From a virus (Duplodnaviria; Caudoviricetes), in the IMG/VR virus record IMGVR_UViG_3300043753_000023, positions 1 through 64,000 of that record: a stretch of DNA of 64,000 nucleotides. One strand, written 5' to 3'. Made by a program: the position numbers and the translations under genes. The notes beneath the pieces are model-generated. The model was not told the origin of the DNA. It saw nothing but the letters and a program-made list of their open reading frames with translations, and made no database searches. Shown piece by piece: positions 31,411 through 40,201 of the stretch (its first letter is position 1; each line of letters starts with the position of its first letter).

Positions 31411-32805
31411 TCACACGTCCTGCGTCATGTCGACGAAGCGGCAGTAGTGTCCCTGGAAGGCGACGGTGATCGTGCTGGTCGGGCCCGACCGGTTCTTCGC
31501 GACATGGAAGTCGGCTTCGCCGGCGCGCGGGGACTCCTTCTCGTAGGCGTCCTCGCGGTGCAGCAGGATGATGAGGTCACTGTCCTGCTCGATCGCGCCG
31601 GATTCGCGAAGGTCCGAGGGCTGCGGCTTCCGGTCGCTACGCTTCTCCGCCTCACGGTTCAGCTGCGACAGCGCGATCACCGGGATCTCAAGCTCCTTGG
31701 CGAGCAGCTTGATCGATCGGGAGATCTCCGAGACCTCCTGCTGCCGCGACTCGAACCGCTGCGCGCCGCCGAGCTTTAGCAGCTGCAGGTAGTCGATCAC
31801 GATGCCCTTCAGTTCGACCTCGGAGGCCATCTGACGGGCCTTCGTGCGGATCGACGTCATCGTGAGGTCCGGCGAGTCGTCGATGTAAAGCGGCGCCCCA
31901 GTGATCTCGGGGAGGATCTTGGCGACCTGCGCCCAGTCCCAGTCCGTCATGCCACCCTTGGTCTGCATGTGATGCAACGGCACCCTGCCCTCGGCGGAGA
32001 TCAGCCGCTTGATGACCTCAACCCGGGACATCTCCAAGCTGAAGAATGCCATCCCCAGGCCATGCCTGACGGACGCAGACCGGGCGATGTCCAACCCAGC
32101 CGTCGACTTGCCCATGCCGGGCCGGCCCGCGATCGTGATCATCTGACCGGGGTGCATGCCGCCGGTCAGCGCATCCAGGTCCCGGAAGCCCCACGGCACG
32201 CCCATCGGCACAGTGCCGTCGTTGACCGCCTGGATCGCATCCAGGACGTCGTCAGCGGAATCCCGAACCGGCGCCAGCCCTAGCGCCCGCACGCCGACGT
32301 CGCCGCCCGATGAGGCGCCCATGATCTCAGCTTGGATCGCCTGCACTACCTCCTCCGTGTCCCCCTCGGCGGAGAACACCTGCTGCAGGCCGCGGTTCAG
32401 CGCCACGCCGAGCTCCCGCAGCTTCGCCTTCTCCCGCACGATCACCGCGTAATACTCGGCGTTCGCCGACGACGGCGCGGCCTGGACCAGGCCGTGCAGG
32501 TAGGTGGGGCCGCCGCAGCGCACCAGGTCCCCCGACTTCTCCAGCGCCCGGGCAATGGTGATCGGATCCGCCGCGTCGCCGGCGGCATACAGGGCGACGA
32601 TCGCGTCGTGGATCAGACCATGGGCAGGCCGGTAGTACTCGATGCCACGAAGGCCGGCGCCGAGGGCATCATCGATCGCGCGGGGGTTGATGAGCATCGC
32701 GCCGAGGACGGACTGCTCGGCGCGCAGATCCTGCGGCGGGGTCCGGTCCAGGCCGGTGCCGACGTGGACCGGGGTGTCGTCGGGGTCATCGTAGGTGTCG
32801 TTCAT
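31411..32805 (-). CDS. dnaB: Replicative DNA helicase
   Basis: PPQDLRAEQSVLGAML N-domain; Walker A GRPGMGKS; VIDYLQL; SQLNR; SDLRESGAIEQDSD; KNRSGPT. Confidence 0.98.
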   Translation of the reverse strand: MNDTYDDPDDTPVHVGTGLDRTPPQDLRAEQSVLGAMLINPRAIDDALGAGLRGIEYYRPAHGLIHDAIVALYAAGDAADPITIARALEKSGDLVRCGGPTYLHGLVQAAPSSANAEYYAVIVREKAKLRELGVALNRGLQQVFSAEGDTEEVVQAIQAEIMGASSGGDVGVRALGLAPVRDSADDVLDAIQAVNDGTVPMGVPWGFRDLDALTGGMHPGQMITIAGRPGMGKSTAGLDIARSASVRHGLGMAFFSLEMSRVEVIKRLISAEGRVPLHHMQTKGGMTDWDWAQVAKILPEITGAPLYIDDSPDLTMTSIRTKARQMASEVELKGIVIDYLQLLKLGGAQRFESRQQEVSEISRSIKLLAKELEIPVIALSQLNREAEKRSDRKPQPSDLRESGAIEQDSDLIILLHREDAYEKESPRAGEADFHVAKNRSGPTSTITVAFQGHYCRFVDMTQDV

Positions 32806-33752
32806 GCTGCTGCTCCTAGGGTTCGGCGGGCGCGGGCCCGGCCGGTGGGGTGGCAGATCGGGCAGAAGTCGATCGTCTGGTCGGGCAGGGTCACCATGTG
32901 GGTGACGGGGTCACAGTTCGGCTGCCCGCAGCGCTCCTGGGTCTCGTCGGGGATCCGGGGCGGCGGGAGCTTCTTGACGAGCCGGCCCCGGAGGAATCCG
33001 GCAGGGTTGCCGATCGCTGCAGGCAGTCCGTTGGTGAGGGCCGCTTCGAGGCGGTCCGCAGGAACGCGCTCCAGCCAGGTGGCCGCGAGGGGCGCGAGTT
33101 CGACGAGCTCGGTCTCGCCGACAGTGAGCCGTGGGTCTTTGGCGGTGAGCTTGGCCAGGACGAGGTAGCCGGGCGGGGGTTGGTTGTTGCGCGCAGCGCT
33201 CCCCCCGCCCTCCCGCCCATCCTCGGTCGGCGATCCCGCCGGGGCCGGCTGCTCAGCCGCTTCCGGGGAGGAGGGTGGTGGGGAGGAGCAAGAGGGAGGA
33301 GTAGGACCCCCGTTTTTGGGGGGTCTTTCCGCCGATTGCCCCCCGTTCTCGGGGGGCCTTTCGGCCTGATTGGCCCCCGCTGAGAGGGGGTCTTTCTGCT
33401 CCGGCTTGGCTCCGTAGCCACCGAAAGCCCCCCGCTCTAGGGGGGTCTTTCGCCAGTCCTGGATGACGCACGGTACGAACATCGACGCGATGCGGTACCG
33501 AGTGGTCTTGCCGCGGAAGCCGCCCGAGACCGGCTCGATCAGGCCGCGCTTCAGGAGGGCCGAGCGCATCGCCTCCCACTTCTTCGGCGCCATCCGGACC
33601 CGGCGCAGGATCTCCGGGTGTTCGGGGCCGTGCCAGGTCTCCCGGGTCGCATCGTTGGCATCCCGAGCGAGCACAGTGAGGCACCAGCGTTGCGCTGGCG
33701 TCACGTCATCTGGGCACCAGTCCATGACCTCTTCGACCAACTTGATCCCCAT
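32802..33752 (-). CDS. Phage replication initiator 2
   Basis: MGIKLVEEVMDW...RWCLTVLARDAND winged-helix-type N-terminus; iteron-bearing middle; C-terminal AIGNPAGFLRGRL; ATGA overlap with dnaB. Confidence 0.75.
   Translation of the reverse strand: MGIKLVEEVMDWCPDDVTPAQRWCLTVLARDANDATRETWHGPEHPEILRRVRMAPKKWEAMRSALLKRGLIEPVSGGFRGKTTRYRIASMFVPCVIQDWRKTPLERGAFGGYGAKPEQKDPLSAGANQAERPPENGGQSAERPPKNGGPTPPSCSSPPPSSPEAAEQPAPAGSPTEDGREGGGSAARNNQPPPGYLVLAKLTAKDPRLTVGETELVELAPLAATWLERVPADRLEAALTNGLPAAIGNPAGFLRGRLVKKLPPPRIPDETQERCGQPNCDPVTHMVTLPDQTIDFCPICHPTGRARARRTLGAAA
33307..33451. repeat. Four 23-bp iterons (putative origin) inside rep2
   Basis: CCCCCG-N5-RGGGGG-YCTTTC starting at 33307, 33340, 33374, 33429. 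Confidence 0.75.
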
Positions 33753-33888
33753 CAGCTCACCGCCTGGCGGTACTTGGGGGCATCCTCGGTCATGGTGGCT
33801 CCAGCTGGGCATGCCGCGGTATCGCGGCGGGGTGACGTGTGCAGGGGAAGGGGCCGCGCCCGACCAACAGCCGAGCGCGGTAGGGCCG

Positions 33889-34500
33889 TCAGCGGCCGAC
33901 AAGTGCCTGCGGGAACGGCAGGCCAACGCATGCGGCGAGCTGCTCGCCCGTCATGACCCGCCGTCGGATCAGGACCGGCAGCACGGTCATCAGCCGCCCC
34001 CAGACCCGGTCCAGGGCCTCGTCGGCCGCGTCGTGCATCAGCGCGAAGTCGGGGCCGTCATCCGTGCCAAATGCGAACCGGGGCGACGAGTGCTTCAGCA
34101 GCCACGTACGGTCGTTGCAGGCCCCCAGCTCGACGACGGCAGCTCGTTCCCGAGTCCACAGAGTCGCCTCGCGCAGCCACCGGTCCTCTGCTCGCTCGCC
34201 GCCGGCCACACCGACGGCCTGCAGCCAGCCTTCGTTGGCCACCCCGGTCCGCGTTGCGGCAGCATGGCCAGCGCGGTGCCCGTCGAAGACGATGCTGACC
34301 TGAGGAACGTGCAGCCCGGCTTCGAGCCACAGCAGCGCGTGTCCGAGCTCGTGGGCCGCCACCGTGCCGTCGATCTGGCTGCCCGTCAGTCCCATCAGCT
34401 CGCGGGTATTGACGTCGCCAACCCTGAACCGCTCCGGAACCGGATGCCGGGTCGGGTAGGGCTCGCCGAACAACAGCAGGCCATCGTGATGCCAGTTCAC
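33889..34500 (-). CDS. Stand-alone HExxH zinc metalloprotease (M41/FtsH-protease-like)
   Basis: VAAHELGHALL...VAGGERAE resembles the FtsH AYHEAGHA...LGGRAAE motifs; no AAA domain. Confidence 0.65.
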   Translation of the reverse strand: MNWHHDGLLLFGEPYPTRHPVPERFRVGDVNTRELMGLTGSQIDGTVAAHELGHALLWLEAGLHVPQVSIVFDGHRAGHAAATRTGVANEGWLQAVGVAGGERAEDRWLREATLWTRERAAVVELGACNDRTWLLKHSSPRFAFGTDDGPDFALMHDAADEALDRVWGRLMTVLPVLIRRRVMTGEQLAACVGLPFPQALVGR

Positions 34501-35282
34501 CGGGCCTCCCCCACAGGCTCGTCGGTGACGACGTCGAACACGTCGCCGTCCAGCCGGTATTCGACATGCGCGGGCATGCCGGCCTGCGTGGACTCGGACG
34601 CTTCGTGCGCAGCGGCGAGGGACGAACCGCGGTCGTTGGCCGGGTACGTGTTGATGACCATCACTCCCCCGCCCCGGGGTTGAGGGCCCGGGCCAGGAGC
34701 CCGCCGAGGAGGTGCTCCCCAAGCCGGTCGAACCGGGCCCGGGCTGCGGCACGGGCCGACAGGACGTGCTCGACGCTCAGGCGCGGCGGGGTCTTGGTGT
34801 TGCCGATCGCCCTGTTCTCCGTCGGGCGGTGGACTGTGGACGCGCTCATCGGGCCGCCTCCTCGCGGTCGACGTCGACCCAGTTGCCGAGCTGCTCACTG
34901 AGGACCAGCTCCACCGTGCTGCGATTGAGGCGAGTCGGGTCGAATCCGACGATCAGGGTGTCCTGGTCGACCCAGGCGGCCCGCATCCACGGCCCGTCCT
35001 CGGGCAGGGGCACGGCGACGATCCCGACACGCGGCGCCGGGCTGGCAGGGGCGAGGAGGGCGGTCACAGAATCACCGCCGGTGCGGTCGCAAGCTGCTCG
35101 CCGAGGACCAGGATGTGGCCGATCATGCGGCGCACGATCGGCGACGTGGCCGGGTTCGACAGGTACGCCTCGATCGCGTCGAACAGGTTCGGGGCCGCGG
35201 TCAGGACGCGCAGCGCCTCGACGATCGGGCCCTCGGGGGCGGGGGTGCTAGTCGAAGCACGCAGGTAGTCCCTAGACTTCAC
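34497..35282 (-). other. First four small genes of the leftward operon
   Basis: 34497-34664, 34661-34849, 34846-35067, 35064-35282; all coupled by GTGA/ATGA overlaps. Confidence 0.65.
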
Positions 35283-35506
35283 CGTAGAACTTCCTTCCTC
35301 AATGCTCAGAGGGGTGTTCTGGCAGCGGCGAGGTTGCCACCTCTAGCTGCCTCCTGTGGCTGGGCGGTCTCATCCATCGCCCAGCCACCCGTCTATCCGC
35401 AAGCTTCTACGGAGAAGCCCGCGAGACTAGACTCTACCGGTTCTACGTAGAAGTCAAGGTTTTCGCAGAGTTCTCGGATGGGAGCTAGATTGATCTCCGT
35501 AGAAGC
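35277..35506. promoter_or_regulatory. Left promoter/operator cluster of the genetic switch
   Basis: CTTCTACGGAGAAG 35404-35417; TTCTACGTAGAA 35441-35452; TCTCCGTAGAAGC 35494-35506; degenerate copy 35277-35289; leftward TTGACT 35457-35452; repressor promoter TTCGCA-18-TAGATT 35462-35491. Confidence 0.8.
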
Positions 35507-35524
35507 CGGAGCCCGGAGGAAGTT

Positions 35525-36277
35525 ATGGCAGCTCAGAGCGACAAGGAGCGACTGAACCGTCAGATCGCCGACCGCATCCGCGCCCAGATCGAGGACGGCA
35601 CGCTGGCGCCAGGCGCCGAGGCGCCCGGCGAGAACGACATCATGCGGGATTACGACGTTTCCCGAACGACGGCCCGCCTCGCGCTTGGCATCCTGAAGTC
35701 CGAAGGTCTCCTTGAGGCAAGGCAGGGAACGAAGACCCGCGTCAGGGCCTTCACGCCCATTCGGCGTAACGCAACGAAGCGCCTAGCCCAGGAGGTATGG
35801 GGCTCTGGGCGGGCCATCTGGGACATCGACGTCCCGGATCGGAGCCACGCGGTCGACGTCGTGGTTGACGAAGTCGACGGCCCCGCCCGCATCCTTCGCG
35901 CCTTCGGGGCAGCCGAAGGGACCCGCTTCTGCCGACGCAGCCGTCGCTTCGTCATAGACGACAAGCCCATCATGTTGGCCGTCTCACACCTCCTGGCGGA
36001 CATGGTGCGCGGCAGTGCAATCATCCAGGTCAATACCGGTGAAGGTGGCAGCTATGCCCGCCTTGCCGATCTCGGGCACCCTCCCAAGCAGTTCCGCGAA
36101 GAGATCCGCGTTCGGATGCCCAGCCCCGACGAGAAGTCCCAACTGGCACTGAGTGCTGGCACACCCGTGATCTGCATTGCCCGCACCGCGGCAACCACCG
36201 ACGGCGCCGTAGTCGAGGTGAACGAGATGATCCTGGACTCGTCGAGCTACCTGCTCGAATACGACTTTTCGGCCTGA
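35525..36277 (+). CDS. GntR/HutC-family (wHTH + UTRA) repressor, KorSA-like
   Basis: RQIADRIRAQIEDGTLAPG...ENDIMRDYDVSRTTARLALGILKSEGLL wHTH followed by a UTRA-like C-domain. Confidence 0.92.
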   Translation: MAAQSDKERLNRQIADRIRAQIEDGTLAPGAEAPGENDIMRDYDVSRTTARLALGILKSEGLLEARQGTKTRVRAFTPIRRNATKRLAQEVWGSGRAIWDIDVPDRSHAVDVVVDEVDGPARILRAFGAAEGTRFCRRSRRFVIDDKPIMLAVSHLLADMVRGSAIIQVNTGEGGSYARLADLGHPPKQFREEIRVRMPSPDEKSQLALSAGTPVICIARTAATTDGAVVEVNEMILDSSSYLLEYDFSA

Positions 36278-36433
36278 CCCCTCCACCACGAGGCCGCCCC
36301 TGCATCGCCTAGCTGGCAGGACCAGCCGAGCCCTCCCCCAGTCGGGCGGTCTTCCGGACATTTACGCCCGTCGGCGCTGGCCCGGCGGGTAACTTGGCGT
36401 CAGCATCCACACCCGCAAGGAACGGACCCGCCC

Positions 36434-36703
36434 ATGACTGCCCAGCCGATCGAATACAGCTCGCGACCCCCGACGACGATCCGCGAGTTCCGCGGCACCC
36501 TCGCCGGCGAGGACCTCGTCAGTTTCAATACCGAACTGGAAGACGTGAAGCTCGGCGAGGTCTCCGGCTACCTCAAGGGCTGGGCGCAGATCCTGCACCT
36601 GCGCACCGTCCCCGAGATCGGCGAGGCGCTGCGCACTGCCGGCTCTCGGCCGCGCACTCCGATCGAGGAGATCTTCCCCGAGTGGGGGACCGTCAGTGTC
36701 TGA
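36434..36703 (+). CDS. Putative antitoxin
   Basis: 89 aa, overlaps the downstream RelE-like gene by 8 nt; own RBS. Confidence 0.5.
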   Translation: MTAQPIEYSSRPPTTIREFRGTLAGEDLVSFNTELEDVKLGEVSGYLKGWAQILHLRTVPEIGEALRTAGSRPRTPIEEIFPEWGTVSV

Positions 36704-36959
36704 CCGCCTGCCCCTGTCCCTTGAGGACGCGGCCCGTGTTGCGGCGATCGTGATGAGTGCCGAGCAGCGCGCCAAGCTGCTCTACACCCTCCGCTGCATT
36801 GAGCGGGATCCCGAGCTCGGCAAGCCCTACACCGTTGGGAGCGATGTGTCGGGCCGGATCGTTGTTGTCCCCGGCGATGAGGCGGTCCCGGGCATGAACA
36901 TCGGCTACCGGGTCCTGCCCGGCGAGATCATCGTCGTTCACATCATCGCCGGCCCGTAG
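36696..36959 (+). CDS. RelE/ParE-like toxin candidate
   Basis: 87 aa; two helices, then IERDPELGKPY and beta strands MNIGYRV...IIVVHI as in the RelE fold. Confidence 0.55.
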   Translation: MSDRLPLSLEDAARVAAIVMSAEQRAKLLYTLRCIERDPELGKPYTVGSDVSGRIVVVPGDEAVPGMNIGYRVLPGEIIVVHIIAGP

Positions 36960-37011
36960 AAGCTGCGAGCCTCGCGCCGGCCCGTCGGACTCGTTGGCTA
37001 CGATCGTCCAC

Positions 37012-37323
37012 ATGTCCGACTTCGATCTGCCCGCCGACCTGATCCAGCTGCAGCAAGACCTCGATGCCGCCCGCAAGGCCACGGATGACTTCGTCGCCTC
37101 TGTGGAAGCCGAACTCGCTGCCCTCCCCGCGGTCAGCAGCGACGATGGCACGGGGACCGTCCGGCCGGCTTGGTCCGACGAGCAGAACGCCGAGTTGAAT
37201 CGGCTTCGCGCTGCGTACATGGCCGCCGCGAAGGCCAAGTGGGAGCACCCCGCGCTGACTCGGGGAAGCAAGTTCGAAGATGCGCTCAGGGCGGTCGCCC
37301 GAGCCAAGCCTGCCGCAGTCTGA
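37012..37323 (+). CDS. Helical hypothetical protein, probably leaderless
   Basis: TACGAT -10 (36999-37004) lies 7 nt before ATG. Confidence 0.6.
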   Translation: MSDFDLPADLIQLQQDLDAARKATDDFVASVEAELAALPAVSSDDGTGTVRPAWSDEQNAELNRLRAAYMAAAKAKWEHPALTRGSKFEDALRAVARAKPAAV

Positions 37324-37338
37324 CCCCAGACACACCGA

Positions 37339-37367
37339 AGGGCGCCCACCGTTGCGGTGGGCGCCCT
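37339..37367. terminator. Bidirectional terminator hairpin
   Basis: AGGGCGCCCACCG-TTG-CGGTGGGCGCCCT between convergent genes. Confidence 0.8.
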
Positions 37368-37400
37368 CGTCATTCCATGGCCATTACTGGCCCACGGCAT

Positions 37401-37907
37401 CTAACGCGGCTGGTCACCACGCAGCCAGAAGTTTCTGCCGTGGCCTTCCAGTAGGCCCCCATGTTCACTCAGCTTCCAAAATACGGACCTGATCGTTTGG
37501 GGCGACGTTCCGTACCTTTCGGCGAGGACGGTTGCGGCTGGGAGCGTGCGTCCACGGGGAAACTCGCCCCGCAGGATTGCCGCCCGCAAATCAGCTTCTA
37601 TCTGCGGTTTGCGCGGGTCGACGTACTGACTCCCGTCCTCCCGGTAGCGCGATCCTTGGTTTCCGATGTGGGAGCCATCGAACCGTGGCATCTCGTCTAC
37701 GAGTGCCTTGTCCTCGGCTGCCGTTGCAGTGGCCCTATCTGGGAACCACTCGTGGGTCTTGTTGGCGACCAGGTGCCACCAGCCTTGGTAGAGGCGGTGC
37801 GTGGCCCAGCGCTTCTCAAGGTCGTGCGTGATGCCGACGTACAACAGGCGTTCTTCCGCGTCGAAGAACCGGTAGAGGGCTGTAGGCCGGTCGGCGAGGT
37901 TGCCCAT
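37401..37907 (-). CDS. GIY-YIG nuclease fused to a GntR-type wHTH
   Basis: ALYRF...LLYVGITHDLEKRWATH...AE (GIY-YIG core), then IEADLRAAILRGEFPRGRTLPAATVLAERYGTSPQTIRSVF. Confidence 0.8.
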   Translation of the reverse strand: MGNLADRPTALYRFFDAEERLLYVGITHDLEKRWATHRLYQGWWHLVANKTHEWFPDRATATAAEDKALVDEMPRFDGSHIGNQGSRYREDGSQYVDPRKPQIEADLRAAILRGEFPRGRTLPAATVLAERYGTSPQTIRSVFWKLSEHGGLLEGHGRNFWLRGDQPR

Positions 37908-37945
37908 CGTTCGGATGCCTCCTGGGCTGTGCTCACTCAGCGAGC

Positions 37946-38000
37946 TTGACTTCTACGTAGAAGCAGAGTCTACTAGAGAGCAGAGCTTCTACGGAGAAGC
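37946..38000 (+). promoter_or_regulatory. Right promoter with two operators
   Basis: TTGACT 37946-37951; perfect palindrome CTTCTACGTAGAAG 37950-37963; AGCTTCTACGGAGAAGC 37984-38000, identical to 35402-35418. Confidence 0.8.
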
Positions 38001-38035
38001 TTGCTCCGTCCGAACTCCACCTCAGGAACCCACAG

Positions 38036-38269
38036 ATGACTGACACTCTGACTCTGCCACCCCCGACCGATGACCTTCTGCGCGTCTCCGAGGTGGCAGG
38101 CATCCTGCGACTCCACGTCTCATCCGTCTACCGTCTGGTCGACTCCGGGCGCCTCGACGCTCACGCGCTCGGCGACGGGAAGGTCCGCCGCCGCGGCATT
38201 CGCATCTGGCGTTCCTCCGTCGACGCACTGCTGCAGGAGTCCCGCCTGGGACACGAGGCGGCAGCCTGA
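38036..38269 (+). CDS. Excisionase-like / Cro-like HTH protein
   Basis: LLRVSEVAGILRLHVSSVYRLVDSGRLDAHALG; first gene after the right promoter. Confidence 0.8.
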   Translation: MTDTLTLPPPTDDLLRVSEVAGILRLHVSSVYRLVDSGRLDAHALGDGKVRRRGIRIWRSSVDALLQESRLGHEAAA

Positions 38270-40100
38270 TGTCCGCTCAGGACCCCACCCCCGCCGAGGC
38301 CAGCACCGACCCCCTCACCTCCGCGCAGCGCCACTTGGACGTCCTGGTCAACCTGTTCGTCAACGACGGCTCCCTCACTGGCTCGGAGCGCTCCCTCCTC
38401 GTCGGAGACATCAAGGACGCGAAGGCCCACCTCGACGAGTTGAAGAGGGGCCTGCGGTGAGCCGCCCCGACATTTCGGCCAGCTGGTCCGACGAGGACTG
38501 GGCGGACGCCCGCGAGGATCTCGCCCCGTCGTCGGGCAGCGAACCGCCCGTCGGCCAGTACCCGGCCGCCCCGCCCGAGCACTGGACGTGGGCCGACCCC
38601 GACGGCCGGCCCGCAGCCTGGGGGGCGTTCGGTGAGTAGCGAGAAGACCGTCCCCGTGCACCTGGACTGGCTGGAGACGGGATACCCGAACTGGCCCGCC
38701 CCCGAGCCGCAGTCCGAACCGTCCGAGAACGAGACCAGCGAGGAGGAGAAGTGAGCAGCGCCAGCGACTTGGCCAGCCAGTACATCAAGGCGAAGAAGGC
38801 CGGCGACGACGCGACCGTCGACGCGATCATCGACGACGCGATCAACCGGCTCGGCTCCCGTGACATCACGCCCGGGGAGTACAACGCCCTGCTCGTGGCC
38901 GCCATTGCCTTCGAGGACTCGGAGTGAGTACCGCGTGGCCCGAGGGCGTGATCGCCCGCTACCTGACCGTCGGCGGTGCCAACGTCGACATCACCGTTCA
39001 GATCAACCACGACAACATCGCCGACGAAGACGGCCTGAGCCTGGTCGACATCAGCCATCTGGCCACGTGCACCGGCTGTGGCTCGATGGCCAAGGCATAC
39101 AGCGACCGCGGCATCGACGACACCGAGCAGGCCCGTCGCACCGCGATCGACCTGACGTCCCCCAAGGGGCTGGAGATCAAGGAGTGGGCCCAGTCCCACG
39201 CCGAGGAGTGCCGGGCGATGCCCCGGCCCGAGGGGGCGAAGTGAGCGTCTGCCAGGCCTGTGGCCACCCGACCAGCCCGCAGGATCCGCCCGCCCATGTC
39301 GACGGCTTCGTGATCCACGGGAGCCACCTGTCCGACCCGCGGAGTGGCTTCCATGGACGCACCCCCGACATCGAGGAGGAGAAGTGACCGAGACCACGGT
39401 CGATGACCTGCCGGACGACGACACCGACTACCAGGTGGAGATCATGGCGCGGGACATCCTGCACCGCCTCCCCGCGCCGGCCAAGTGACCGCCTACCACG
39501 AGCGGCTGGACGAGGCGCGAGTCCTCTGCTCGACCGTCAATCTCCCGCCGCCGGCCACCCCCGCGGACCCGTCCGTCCCGCTCGCCGCCGACCGAATCCT
39601 GAAGACCCTCGGCTACCACCCCGACAACGCCCGCCCCTGGTGGGACGACTAGTGACCGTCGTCCACGACGGCGAGGAGTACTTCTACCTCAGCCGCGGCG
39701 AACAGCCCGTCACCCACACGGCCGCCATCGTCGGCCGCTTCCACTGCGCCGGCTGCGGCACCACCCAGCAGGGCGCCGAGATGACCGACCTCACGAACCT
39801 CGAATACGCCCGGGACTACGTCCAGACCCGGGCCATGTACGCAGCCCTGCACCACGCCAAAACCTGCAACCGAAGGGAATCCCCATGACCATCTGGCGCG
39901 AAGGCTACGAAGCCGTCCTCGTCGACCCCTCCACCACCGTGATCGTGAACGGCGTCACCGCCGGCACCGTCACCGGCACCACCCAGCAGGACGGGTACTA
40001 CGACGTGCACATTGAGGACGCGGACGGCGTCCGTGCCACGTACCGCAACCTGGAGCTCCGCCGCACCGGCCACAAGTGGAGCGGCATCTGCCATAACTGA
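38269..40100 (+). other. Run of about ten coupled small ORFs
   Basis: 38269-38460, 38457-38639, 38632-38754, 38751-38927, 38924-39244, 39241-39388, 39385-39488, 39485-39652, 39652-39888, 39885-40100. Confidence 0.55.
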
Positions 40101-40201
40101 CTTCGCCCCGGGGCGGCCGCCAGGTCGCCAAACTCATCGGCTGCCCCCGGGCTACATCCGACTAGCAAACCAGGCCAACCCGCCCCACCCAGGAGCCCCC
40201 C

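Noticed and set aside
38632-38754. Apparent stop-codon readthrough after the 38457 ORF
   Set aside because: On recount the upstream gene ends with TAG at 38637-38639 and the next ORF has its own GTG at 38632 in another frame
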